Origin: Felis catus
Taxonomy: Eukaryota
Direction of reading: 5' to 3'
Assembly (NCBI RefSeq): GCF_018350175.1
Contig: NC_058368.1
Span: forward strand, 172,362,001-172,426,000
Length of the DNA stretch: 64,000 bases
Under the pieces are notes generated by a model. The model searched no databases. It was not told where the DNA came from and was given only the letters and a program-made list of their open reading frames with translations. A program made the translations under genes and the position numbers. Below are positions 26,383 through 38,334 of this stretch, one piece after another (position 1 is the first letter of the stretch; every line of letters starts with the position of its first letter).

Positions 26383-26430
<48 letters not shown>
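26348..26430. repeat. Compound (CG)9(CA)20 microsatellite within an 83-bp alternating purine-pyrimidine tract
   Basis: Direct reading. Confidence 0.95.
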
Positions 26431-26431
<1 letters not shown>

Positions 26432-26462
26432 CAATATCAGCCATAAAAAAAGACTGGACCTT

Positions 26463-26680
26463 GGGGCACCTGGGTGGCTCGGTCGGTTAAGTGCGTGCCT
26501 CTTGATTTCAGCTCAGGTCATGCATGATCTAATGGTTTCTGAGATTGAGCCCCTCATTGAGCTTTGTGCTGATAGCATGGAGCCTGCTTGGGATTCTCGC
26601 TCTCCTTCTCTCTCTGCCCCTCCCCTGCTTGCACATGCTCTCTCTCTCAAAATAAACAAACACTAAAAAATTTAAAAAAA
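26463..26680 (+). mobile_element. Can-SINE nested in L1
   Basis: Full SINE interrupting the L1 3' region. Confidence 0.95.
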
Positions 26681-28379
26681 GATTTAGATTTTGCAATTAT
26701 GACTTAGAGGGTATTATGCCAAGGGAACTAGGTCAGACAGAGAAAGACAAATACCACAGGATTTCATTTACATGTGGAATCTAAAAAACAAAGCAAATGA
26801 ACAAAAAAATAAAAAGGCAAACAGATTCTTAAATACAGAGAACAAGTTGGTAGTTGCTGGGGGGGGGGGGGTGGGGGGGTGGTGAGAGGTAGGCCAAAAT
26901 TGGTGAAGGGGATTAAGAGTACAAACTTCCAGTCATAAAATGAGTAAGTTACAGGGATGAAAAGTACAGCATAGGGAATACAGTCAATAATATGGTAATA
27001 ATGCTGTATGGTGACAGATGGTAACTCTACTTATTGTGGTGAGCACTGAATAATGCATACAATTGTCAAATCAATGTTGTACACCTGAAACTAATAACAT
27101 TGTAAGTTAATTATACTTCAATTAAAAAAACTGAACAACAACAACAAAAAAAACCCAACACATTTCCAGGGAAATAGTACAAGAATGGGGGTGGGACACA
27201 TTTCCAGTTTACTCTGCAAAATCTAATCTATGTAGTTTGAACCGAAGTTCTCCAAGACAAGGTAATTGTGACAATTCATTGCAGTGTGAGAACATTCATC
27301 TGTTTATTTCTCACCTTTTTAATGCCTAGTTCACATCTTATAGGATATGTAACATTAATACAGTAGGAAAAGTAATTTCTAAATATACAGAAATTGGCAA
27401 TATAAGCTGTAAAAGCTCTGACTTGTTACTTTTAAACACAGAGGTTTGGAGACCATCAGTCCATGCAGTAACACCAGTATTCCTCATGTTTGCTACCATA
27501 TTAATAACAAGATCTCTTTATAAAACCATGTTCCATGTTTCAACCGGGACAGTCCCAGGAATAAATCTGTCACTGCAACATCCCATTACACTGTGGGTCT
27601 CTCACATAAATAAACTGAGTAATGAGAGCTTGGAATCCCCGAACAGGGGCTCTGAGAGGAAGCTAGGCTACTTCATTTCTCCAGGGGGACCCTCAGAAAG
27701 CAGTGGTTCTTCATCGCCTTCAATTTAGCCCCCTCTTAATCTGGTAAGTAGAACAGACCTTCTTCTCAGACAGTTTCAGGGGTTTGATTGATGTACCTGC
27801 TGACACCCTTCCATGGATCCCCGGAACCATGACTGTAGGAAGCAGAATGTGGATTCAGCCACAACTAGAAAGGCCTTCAGCTGAAAGTCAAGATGAGGGA
27901 GGGGACCTGAGGTCTGACCCATCAAAGTACAGCACACTCGTGGCAAATTCTCCAGTGGGAAATGGCTTGTGTGGATGGAGCCCAAATCTGAGACGCTTAT
28001 CATCATCAACCATGGCATATATGCTCATTTGTCACACACACATTTCTCATTTGTCAGATTTCCCACAGTGAGCTGCCAACTCCTCTCTGGGTGAAATCCA
28101 AACACTGAAAAAGACAGATCCCTGGTTCTGTGCCAGGTGCTACCAGTTTCTGATCATTACCTGGTCTCTTATTTCCAACTCAGTTTAACTGACTGATTCT
28201 CCACACAGGGCCCAGATCCAGCTTTATGACACAAGTCTCAACAGAGTGTTCGTATGTCATTCGTATCCTCCAACGGCTCCTTCCTACTTTTAAAAATCTA
28301 AATCCTGCTCCTTTCTGGTTTCCTATTCTGCAAATTAAGTTTTTACAAGTGACTGTACTTCCCAAGTATCAAACAGAGT

Positions 28380-28720
28380 GGTGGTGGGGCTATTGTTATT
28401 ACCCACCCTAGTCCTTTGGGAAAAGCTCCTCTCTTCTGTGTGGTTGCGAGAGGTCTACTGCCTCAGAAAACACAGTCATGATACCCTCTCCCCAGCATAG
28501 TGACTGGCCTGGGGTTGGAACCTGATCCAAGGGAGTCTTCTCTGAGGTCAATATGCACAAACACAATTAATACATGAAGAGAGAGTAAGGTGTAAATACC
28601 TGGCCTCAGGATCTGGCTATGGGTAAAGTCACTCCTGCACCTGTAAGTTTTGTAAGCTAATTTTGTTTGTTGTTGTTTTAAGCTAATGTGGAAAAGTTTC
28701 TAATTTTTTAACTGATCTAA
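28380..28720 (+). mobile_element. MLT1-like (MaLR) LTR remnant
   Basis: gtgactggcctgggg...tgatccaa and ttaagcta...gtttct end motifs. Confidence 0.45.
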
Positions 28721-29598
28721 ACCTAGAACTTAGACCATATTGAACTGCCCTGCCTATAATAGTCGTGTAGTCTACTTATAAGGCTACAGGAACAAATATG
28801 TCCAGATCTTTCAACTCAACAAGGCAGAAGCATATAACATGCTCCATGAACTCCACTCTCTAGTTTATGTAGCTTAACCATACTGAATCCTTCCCTCCTC
28901 GCTACAGTATGGCTTGTTTAATAGATCAGCGGGACTAATTACAGGAATATAGTTTCAATGGAGATTGCACTCATATCACATGGACCTTCCTCAGAAAGTG
29001 TAATGCTAACTGTGACATAGTTTCTAGCCTCCTAGCCTCTACTCAGCAGAGAGCAAGCTGGGTGATTTCACTTACACAATTAACACACCAGCTGCCACAG
29101 AAGAGCAGATGGGAATCTGCCTCCAGAATCTGCTCCAGGAACTAGAGCCTCTGGACCAGAAGAGCTGGGAGCCAGGGTGGGCCGCTGTGCTCCACTTTCC
29201 AGACGAGGCGATGACATTTCCCAGGTATTTCAGTTTCTCTGGGCCTGAGTCTCAAGATCCACATTAACAACCCTGCAGTGAGGCACACACAGACAAGCCA
29301 TCCTCCCTTGCAAGCCATTAGCACAGAGAATCACAGATTGTTTACCCTAAAAGTCACCTTGAAGACCAGACCCCTTTATTCACAAAACAAAGAAATGGGT
29401 CCTACAGTGGGGAATAATTCAACTCCCAGCACCACAGAGTTAGATGAGAAGAGATCCTTGCCTAGCCCTTCCAGGACATCACACAGCCTCAAACACACAA
29501 ACACCAACATACTGCCATATTCTTCAGTTGCCCTATAGACTGGTTAAATCAGAAACTGAAGAAAATCACTAGGTCATTTAGAAATATCTGCAATTTCT

Positions 29599-29799
29599 GG
29601 GATGCCTGGGTGGCTCAGTGAGTTAAGCATCCAACTCTTGATTTCAGCTCAGGTCATGATCTCATGGTTGGCAGACTGAGCCCTGAGTTGGGCTCTGTGC
29701 TGACAGTGCAGAGCCTGATTTTCTCTCTCTCTCTCTCCGCCCCTCCCCTGCTCACGTGCATGCTCTCTCTCTCTCAAAATAAATAAACATTTAAAAAAA
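29599..29799 (+). mobile_element. Can-SINE
   Basis: Head, CT tract, A-tail. Confidence 0.95.
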
Positions 29800-29812
29800 T
29801 CATGGCTAATGT

Positions 29813-30016
29813 TGTGGGTTTTAAGTTTATTTATTTTCTATTTTGAAAGAAAGCACAAGCAGGGAGGGGCAGAGAAAGGCAAGAGAGGATCCGAAGCAGA
29901 TTCAGTGCTGTTAGCACAGAGCCTGACACAGGGCTCAAACCCACAAACTGGGAGATCATGACCTGAGCCGAAATCAAGAGTCAGATGCTCAATGGACTGA
30001 GCCACCCAGGTGCCCC
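29813..30016 (-). mobile_element. Can-SINE with 13-bp TSD
   Basis: TSD tcatggctaatgt at 29800-29812 and 30017-30029. Confidence 0.95.
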
Positions 30017-30029
30017 TCATGGCTAATGT

Positions 30030-30213
30030 GAAGGAAGGAAGGAAGGAAGGAAGGAAGGAAGGAAGGAAGGAAGGAAGGAAGGAAGGAAGGAAGGAAGGAA
30101 GGAAGGAAGGAAGGAAGGAAGAGAGAGAGAGAGAGAGAAAGAAAGAGAGAAAGAGAAAGAGAGAAAGAGAAAGAGAGAAGGAAAGAAAGAAAGAAGGAAA
30201 GAAAGAAAGAAAA
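30030..30213 (+). repeat. (GGAA)22 + (GA)n/(GAAA)n homopurine microsatellite
   Basis: 184 consecutive purines by direct reading. Confidence 0.97.
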
Positions 30214-30341
30214 TTAAAAAAGAAAACCACATCTTCAATCTCATAGTAATAACAGGGTGAGTTATAGGACATTAATATATTGATATAACTGTATAAAAAC
30301 TCAACTAACTTCCAGTCTTTTCTTTTCAGTGTGATAATATA

Positions 30342-31350
30342 GGCCTCTGGTTAAATGTAGCAGATTGACCACACACTGTTCACCTTTCCTTTCCAAAGCC
30401 ACTTAAATGATGGCAAGACATTTATTCTACAAACATGTGTATTTATATATTATATACTTATGTATTGCTTATATATTCATTATATTATATATTCAAAGTA
30501 TGTATTTATAATGTCTATGTGTGTACATATATATGTATATATGTGTGTGTATATATATACACACATATAAGAAATCGATGAGAGCTAGAGAACAGGAAAG
30601 GAAATAGCAGATTAATTTCAACAAATTTCAGGAAGACAAAGCAGACAGAGCAATGCCTAACCTAACTTCCTCAACTCTGCTATAGCCAAAAGAACCTGCA
30701 GAGGAGATATCAAGAATAATTTGCCTTCACAAAAGCCAAAGAGGCTCAGGTTTGGAGACACTGAGTACCTGGAGGACAGAAGTAAGACATGACCCTGCAA
30801 ACTTAGGGTCATGTTTGACCCTAAGGATTGTTTGAAAGTTTATTTAGAAAGAAGCCGGACTCCCGGTCTCTGCCCTAACCCTTCATAGGTAAAAGCATGG
30901 TGTCTTCTCACCTTGACCAACTTCCCTCAACTAGAGAGCCCTGGACAATGTAAGGTATGAGGGACTGCACACCTCAGGCACTTACAGCCAACACAAGTAA
31001 GGTTTGGAATGAGGGGGAAAGAAAAGGCATTAAATAAAAATATGCATTCTGAGTCATGGGACTCAATTGCTCCTTTTCTTCTCCAAAGTTTTGTTCCTCC
31101 AAATGTCAGAAGCCAGATAGAGATCCCCAAAGTAGGAGATTAGGAGGCTTCTTTGGAAAAACTTAGACAAGACCTCCAGTTATCGTATGGAAATTCAGAT
31201 TGGCAAAGCAGTTGGCTCCAAAGCCCACCTGTCAGCTAGGCCACCCTACTCCCACAGAGCCTCCAATCAGCTTTTTCATATTCTTTTAAACAAGAGCCAA
31301 TGACCAAGGGCACCACACATTTGAGGAATTACTCCAACAGAAATGAGAAA
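30342..31350 (+). mobile_element. HAL1/L1M 5' region remnant
   Basis: ctctggttaaatgtagcagattga...cacttaaatga start motif and ccaatcagcttttt...cacatttgagga motif. Confidence 0.5.
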
Positions 31351-32049
31351 CCAAATTAAATAATATAGTATAAAATGAGAGCTCTCCCTCTCATAAACCA
31401 CACTTTAATTTTTTCCATGACTCTTTCACCCCTTCCTTTACCAGAGCTAATCGAATCCCTCACCATAACCATCTCTAGCAGCAGACCAATATGCCTGGTA
31501 TGCCTGGACTCATTCACAATACTCTGGGCTTCAGCAAGGTATTAACAAATTCCTCCAAAAGATCACTTGAGTTTCTTGTGTCAAGAGATGGCCAGGCTGA
31601 AAGATTAAACTTCAGGGAGGAGATGGCCTCCTGTGGGATGTTACAAAGCATCCACTCCAGCTTTCTCAACACTTAAGTTATTGACAAGCATGTCAGTGGT
31701 ATGGTTCTCAAACTTGAGAGAATGTCACTCCAGCTGGGGCACCAAAAACGTAGGCTGACAGAACCAGGATGCCACCCAAACAGATTTTGAAATGATAGGC
31801 AGAATAAGGACAAAATTGACTGGATCAAAAATTGTCTTATATTCTTATTTTTTAAAAAGCTATACAAATAGAGGGAGATTTAAGTAAGGGTGACTTATTA
31901 AGAAATTTTAAAGAAAAATATAATGTCAAGACTCTGAGTTTCCTATACACGTTCAGTGACTCTTCTATAAAAATAGTTGCCCAGAAGACTACCAGTCTTA
32001 GACGGCAGCAGCAGAAGTAGAATGCCCAAGACACTGGGCAACTTCTGGA

Positions 32050-32140
32050 CTTAGCTGTGGTGATGTACAGGCATCACACTTCAAGAGGGTGGTGAACAGG
32101 GCAGAACATGACCAGAGAGTGTTACCAGACTGACAAGGCT
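32050..32140 (+). mobile_element. CR1/L3 fragment
   Basis: cacacttcaagaggg...ccagagag...accagactg resembles the L3 3' ORF2 region. Confidence 0.3.
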
Positions 32141-32241
32141 CAAGGTGATGCAGGAGGAACAACTGAGTGCTGGCCACTTCGGTTGCTCAGAAAGCCATTC
32201 TCTCCCATCTCGCCAAAAGGAATAGAAAACAGAGTTGTGGT

Positions 32242-32422
32242 GGGCCACCTGGGTGGCTCAGGTCATGATCTCACAGTTTGTGGGTTCAAGCCCTGCGTCG
32301 GGCTCTGTGCTGACAAGTCAGAGCCTGGAGCCTGCTTCATATTGTGTCTCCCTCTGTCTCTCTCCCCCTTCCCTTGCTCTCTCTCTCAAAAATAAATAAA
32401 TTTTTAAAATTTAAATTTAAAA
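32242..32422 (+). mobile_element. Can-SINE with internal head deletion
   Basis: ggctcag|gtcatgatc junction; degenerate TSD agaaaa...gttgtgg. Confidence 0.93.
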
Positions 32423-32915
32423 AGAAAATGGTGTTGTGGAAACTTGAGAAAGTAAAGCTGTGACTTCACAATAATAGGGGTCAAACAAGACCAAGACAAG
32501 AGAACAATCCCAGGGTGGAACAATCAGTGGGAGCCAGTTTCCACTCCGCATTCGGACTAGGACCATCAAATAGATCCAATTCACATTGAGGTGCCATGCA
32601 GAGAGAGTCTTTTGTTTCTAGTGAATTACTTATTATAAAAAGAATTTAAGCCAAAACACCCAGTCAAGCAGTTTACTGAATTCTGAAACTAACAACCATG
32701 CCCTCTGCATCCTACATCTTGCAATCCATATATTCCAGAAGCCCAGGTCTAGAAATGGCAGTCTATAACCAGGTTTTTCTTTCTCTTTAATAGGACGGGA
32801 TCAAGTAATGGCATGATCTAGCATTTTATTGCAGTTACACCAACCCTTCTCTAGTAATGAATCATCAACACATATAAATGGGAGGTTTTAAAAAAAGATT
32901 TATATTTAAAATTAA

Positions 32916-33147
32916 GGGGCGCCTGGGTGGCGCAGTCGGTTAAGCGTCCGACTTCAGCCAGGTCACGATCTCGCAGTCCGTGAGTTCGAGCCCCGCGTCA
33001 GGCTCTGGGCTGATGGCTCGGAGCCTGGAGCCTGTTTCCGATTCTGTGTCTCCCTCTCTCTCTGCCCCTCCCCCGTTCATGCTCTGTCTCTCTCTGTCCC
33101 AAAAATAAATAAAAACATTGAAAAGAAAAAAATAAAAAAAAAAATTA
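32916..33147 (+). mobile_element. Young SINEC_Fc-type SINE
   Basis: Near-consensus body. Confidence 0.97.
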
Positions 33148-33159
33148 AAAGAAAAAACC

Positions 33160-33362
33160 AGGCACACCTGGGTAGCTCAGTAGGTTAAGCCTCCAGCTTC
33201 GGCTCAGGTCATCACCTCGCAGTCTGTGGGTTTGAGCCCCGTGTCAGGCTCTGTGCTGACAGCTCAGAGCCTGGAGCCTGCTTCATATTCTGTGTCTCCC
33301 TCGCTCTCTGCCCCTCCCCCGCTTGTGCTAGCTCTCTCAAAAACAAAAATAAAAATAAGAAA
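33160..33362 (+). mobile_element. Can-SINE (tandem to previous)
   Basis: Head, CT tract, A-tail. Confidence 0.95.
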
Positions 33363-33469
33363 ACAAGTATTAACTCACATGCCAACAAAGCTTTGGCAAA
33401 TATAAATACTCATGAAAGCCAAGTTAGTTGGTTAGTGGAAAATAATTCAAGAGTACTGGCCACACCTAC

Positions 33470-33750
33470 TGTTTTCACCCTTCTTCGTGTTTAAAAACTA
33501 CCATCGGCTCCCTAGGACTCCTGAACTAAGTCACCAACCCAGCCTGGCATTCAAGGCCTTGGCAATGAGACTCATGGCTCTCCGGCCAAGCTCTCAGTGA
33601 TGCCCTGCATTTGCCCCACGTCGTAGCCAACCAGCACTATGACAGTTCTCAATACATCCGGCATTTACCTACTTCCTCTCCTAGCTTCGGGCTCTACTAC
33701 CATCATCCTCTGCTTCTCCTAACCATCCAACACTCAGCTTGACCCAGATT
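33470..33750 (+). mobile_element. L2 remnant
   Basis: tttaaaaac...cagcctggcattcaaggcctt motif. Confidence 0.6.
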
Positions 33751-34513
33751 TGAGTTTTATGTATGATGCTATGCAAGTGGATCAGAACACTAAGTGCCTA
33801 GCAGCAGGAAGCAGGTAATAGGATCCAATTCTACAGAATGGGCAAAAAACTTAAAAAGTAAACATACAAAAATCTGGTTAAGAAGTTTCCTTGTATAGTA
33901 TATATGGAAATATCAAAATTATCTAAATCTAAAATAATTGATTCTGACAGATTTGGTTTATGTAATAAACAGATTTCTAAATGGGAACATGCTGTCACCC
34001 CCAAACTGCATCTGTAATATACTTTGGGTCTCAGTTATGTATGCACTTTTAACACATGGAATGGTCATCTATATTTCAATGGAATATAAATACACAAAAT
34101 AAATACCCACAGTTAAGTAATCTGTAAGGAGACTTAAATATCAAAGCTATTAGGAACAACCATGATATATTTTTATCTTTCAATAGTTAGACTCTAAGTA
34201 AATGGAGGAAATACTCCGCATTATATAATACTTGATATAATCTCTAGAACTGGAGGGGGAATGTGTTTAACATCTGCTCTGACGTTTAGCCTATACATTA
34301 TGAAACTTTAGTCATCTCAGCTTAAAAAAAGACCAAAAAAAAGACTTAAATAACATTTCTAAATACATTTGGCTACTAGGAGTATCTCTTGTGACTGAGA
34401 ATTTACTTAGTCTGAAAGATGAAATGTCAGATTCCAAAGAAGGGGAAAAAAAAAAAAATAACAGCAAATCCAAACCCACTCTCACACTGAAGAAATGATG
34501 TCACTTAGTTTAC

Positions 34514-34568
34514 CGAGTTCTGCTGTTGGAGGCTGGTAACACAGACAGCAATGCGAAGAAACACCTCC
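34514..34568 (-). other. Candidate small exon, 55 nt
   Basis: Acceptor ttttattagttactttag|GGAGG and donor TCG|GTAAAC. Higher GC than its flanks, with two CpGs. Confidence 0.35.
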
Positions 34569-34799
34569 CTAAAGTAACTAATAAAACAATGTTTCTTTCA
34601 CTTTACTACTGTCCTCCACCACCACATCTATAAATTCTTGTAAGCAGAACACTCCCCCAGTATATATGAAATGTAAGTCCACTGTGACAATAAATTTGTC
34701 AGATAAAATCAGTTTCTCCATTGTTCCACCAGCAATGTTGCCCAAAAGTATGCAAAAATTAGTATCCATTAGTCAATGTTTGTTAAAACTTAAAAAATC

Positions 34800-35015
34800 G
34801 GGGCGCCTGGGTGGCGCAGTCGGTTAAGCGTCCGACTTCAGCCAGGTCACGATCTCACGCTCCGTGAGTTCGAGCCCCGCGTCGGGCTCTGGGCTGATGG
34901 CTCAGAGCCTGGAGCCTGTTTCCGATTCTGTGTCTCCCTCTCTCTCTGCCCCTCCCCCGTTCATGCTCTGTCTCTCTCTGTCCCAAAAATAAAATAAAAA
35001 AAAAAAAAAAAAAAA
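34800..35015 (+). mobile_element. Young SINEC_Fc-type SINE with perfect 15-bp TSD
   Basis: TSD aaaacttaaaaaatc at 34785-34799 and 35016-35030; long pure A-tail. Confidence 0.98.
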
Positions 35016-35031
35016 AAAACTTAAAAAATCA

Positions 35032-35211
35032 GGGGCACCTGGGTGGCTCAGTCATGATCTCACAGTTTGGAAGGTTAGGAAGTTCAAGTCCCGCATCAGG
35101 CTTTGTGTTGACAGTGCAGAGCCTGCTTCAGATCCTCCGCCTTCCTCTCTACCTCCCCAGTTCACACTCTCTCTTTCTCAAAAATAAGCAAACATTAAAA
35201 AAAAAAAAAAA
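35032..35211 (+). mobile_element. Can-SINE with internal head deletion
   Basis: ggctcagtc|atgatc junction. Confidence 0.93.
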
Positions 35212-37022
35212 TCACACAAACCTGTTCGATTAAGTCACTTGGGTAAGCTCTTGCTTTTGGGAAGAACATAAATTTTTTTCCCCGTGGAGTTTCAACCCAA
35301 AGACCCTTAAGGAGCAAACCAAAGAAATCTCTTATATCCTCTCTTTTGTTTTCTCCAAATCATCTGATTTTTTTCACCCAATTGAATATTTTAAGTTGAT
35401 TAACTTAACTGTGCTGAAGCCAGGAACCATGTAACTAGTCAAAGATAAGGGTTAGCAGAATCGAATTTTAAAGCTTTAGAGCAACCAACGACACAGGCCA
35501 GTAAGATGTGTACCACCAGGATAATAGATGGTTTGGAATTCAGTGTTAGAAACAAAACTCCTAGCGATTAATGTTGAAGCTGTGCTATCACCCTGCAGCC
35601 GTCCTAGGAGGTACAGCTTCTCAGCTCCAGTAACACCTATCTGACAAAGCCTCATACTTTTTATTTTCATTCCCCTGCCTGAAATGATGGAAAATCCAAA
35701 GGGATCCAAGCCATAAAGAACTCCTACTGAGACAATTTAAAACTCATTCAATCACAGCAACTGCCACTTTGAAAGAGAGAGAGAGAAAAGTCACCAGGAG
35801 TAAAGGCCAACAATGTAATCAACATCTAATGGGATCAGAAAAATGTCTGGAAGTCTGGGCAGTCAATGACACAGAGGCCAAAGAGAACAGTGTTACTTCA
35901 GAGGTTTTAGAAAAAGATCTTGTTAGAATGGCTTTGAGATAAGGTCCTAACCAAAAATATTCCCCCAAGGGGAAGATGGGGAACAAAAAGAATGAAGTTT
36001 TAGCAGAAAAGAGAAACATCTGGATTCAGTTATCAAAAATGGTTTATATTAGAAGAAAATTTGATAAACAATGGTAGGAGAGAGTATTTGGCCAGAATTT
36101 CAAGACTATCCCAAACAACTCAGATTCTAGAAGTTTTAGACTTCCAGAGACAGTTAAAATGTTTCTTCTTGCTTGCTCCTAGTCTGAGATTTAGTCCAGT
36201 GAGATTCCTACCCATGGAAACATTTTTAATTGGTAAATGGGAAGTCCGCCCATTCTTCCACGAGCAATTTCTTGTACAAAGTAGTCTCATCTTCATTTCG
36301 AGGACAAAGGATATAAAGGGGAAAGAAAAGTAGAAAGAAAAGCAGTGCGGTATTGTGGAGCTAAAAGGAATTCTGATTATGTCTTCCAGATCGAGGGGTG
36401 GGGCAGGGAAGAAGGGGCGGATCTGATTTTTAGAACGGGAAAGCCAAGTTAATGGTTTGTTAAGTGCCTGCTATTGCCAATTCAACCAGGAACTCAGGAA
36501 TGGAAAGAAGGGGCAGCTAATCCTATTTAGGACAGCCTGAGGCGGAGAGCCAAGTAAATGAATCCTAAGAGGAGATACTGTCTTTTGTCTCCAGTTGGGC
36601 TTTTCATTATTTTCTGAAAGTTGTCTCATCATTTTCTGTGACTGTAAGAAAAAATCCTCCCACTTTATTTTGGAACTCTCTATTGTCTTTATTAAGTTAT
36701 ATATTGCTTTTGCTTTTGTAAACCACTCTACTCCACTGCTTGCAACAGGGACAGGAAGGCTGCAACACAGATATTGTTTCCAAATCCAATCATTGGAGCC
36801 ATTCATAGAACATTAGGTTTAGGACCTGAAAAAAGGACTTATTTCCCTTCCCTTCAGCAAAAACTGAGGCCCAGAGAGATCAGGAGACATGGTAAGGTTC
36901 TCTGTGACTTTTAGAAGAAGTGAGATTCTAACCCAGTTTTCCTCACTCAGTTCATTGTTCAGTCCATTTGGGGACCTGTTCTTTTCTCTCTTGGTCCTCA
37001 CATTGTTTGATGAAGAGGAAGG

Positions 37023-37483
37023 TGTTAGATACTAAAGAAGTAATCTTGAAATCTTGAATCTCCATTTCAACCTTAGTCTATACTTTCTAACTGATGAGGT
37101 TCTTTCTAGCCTAGGACGCGTAGGCAAAGCATCCCCTGATGATGAGAACAGAAAATACCCCCTCAAGCAACTGACTACCCTGAGCCAGCAAGACCCTGAA
37201 TGATTGTCCCCAAGGTAATGATGGACCTGACCTTTCCTGCCCACTTACATGTACCCCCCCCCCACCTCTGTCCCACATTTTCCCTACATAAACCTAAAAG
37301 TATCTTCAGCACTTTGCAGGCAAAGTATTCAGTCTTCCCAGTGTTTGCCTCACTGAAATAAATCCCTGTCCGGTTTCACCACCACTCATCTGCTTTTGGA
37401 TTTTGTCAGCCACAAGTGGCCAAATCTGGTTTATTTGGGACCCCTGGAGCCAGATGCTCTTGTACCCTTGGGCTCTGGTTACA
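37023..37483 (+). mobile_element. Probable solo ERV LTR
   Basis: TG...CA ends, TATA-like cataaa near 37288, AATAAA near 37358, C-rich U3-like interior. No clean TSD found. Confidence 0.5.
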
Positions 37484-37931
37484 TTCTTAAGACATGATCA
37501 GCGCCCTGGAACAGTTTACAACCACTGAGGAAAACAGGGCTTACACATGAAAACCTAGGTGATAATATGGTTAGCAAAAATCCTACAGGAATCCAGAAGA
37601 GGGAGTCTTTGCCAAGGGCAGGGGCAGGGCAGGGGCAAATGACCATGAGGGGCATTTGGTGGAAAGAGTAGACTACAGGTGAGGGCAAGAGAGCACTCTA
37701 AGTGGGAGAGGACGGTAGGGATATGGTCCCATCCCCAGCACACAAACACATTGGAATGGCTCATGACATATTTCAGACGACAGAACAATATAAACAGGGA
37801 TGAGAAGGGAGTAGAAAAACTATAGAAAGTTTTCAATGCCAGGCTAAGGAATTTCAACTTTATTTACCAGGCAGCTAATAAAAATTTCTGCTGGTAAAGA
37901 TAGAAGTTTTAGTAGAAATAAAAGCGATGTA

Positions 37932-38130
37932 GGAGCACCTGGGTGGCTCAGTCGGTTAAGGGTCTGACTCTTGGTTTCAGTTCATGTCATGATCTCACAG
38001 TTTGTGGGTTTAAGCCCTGCCTTGGGCTCTATGCTGACAGTGCAGAGTCTGCTTAGGATTCTCTCTCGCTCCCTCCCTCTGGGCCCCTCCCCTGCTCATG
38101 CTCTCTGTCTCTCTCAAAAAAATAAATAAT
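37932..38130 (+). mobile_element. Can-SINE
   Basis: Full element; shares its outer TSD with the next copy. Confidence 0.95.
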
Positions 38131-38132
38131 TA

Positions 38133-38334
38133 GGGGCACCTGGATGGCCCTGATCATCTGACTTCTGCTAAGGTCATGATCTCGTGGTTGATGAGTTCAA
38201 ACCCCAAGTCGGGCTTGCTGCTGTCAGCCTGTTAGAGGCCACTTTGGATCCTCTGTCCCCCCCTCTCTGCCCCTCCCCCACTTGCTCTCTCCCCAAATAT
38301 TTAAATAAATCAATAAGTAAACCTTTCAAAAGGG
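38133..38334 (+). mobile_element. Can-SINE (in tail of previous)
   Basis: Head, CT tract, A-rich tail. Confidence 0.92.

Larger units (their letters stand above)
25418..27156 (+). mobile_element. 5'-truncated L1 (carnivore/L1MA-type): ORF2 C-terminal remnant + 3'UTR
   Basis: ORF track shows ORF2-like [35 protein letters not shown] and WKLPKCPSIDEWIKKMWY, frameshifted. G-rich 3'UTR tract, A-tail, TSD aacacatt(g)tcca at 25405-25417 and 27157-27168. Confidence 0.92.

Noticed and set aside
25346..26666. ORFs resembling L1 ORF2
   Set aside because: Frameshifted, 5'-truncated L1 relic; not a functional CDS.
27420..28340. Cluster of overlapping ORFs suggesting a processed pseudogene or ERV internal region
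   Set aside because: Manual translation gave frequent stops and no recognisable protein, poly(A) tail or TSD. A TBLASTX search would be needed to revive the idea.
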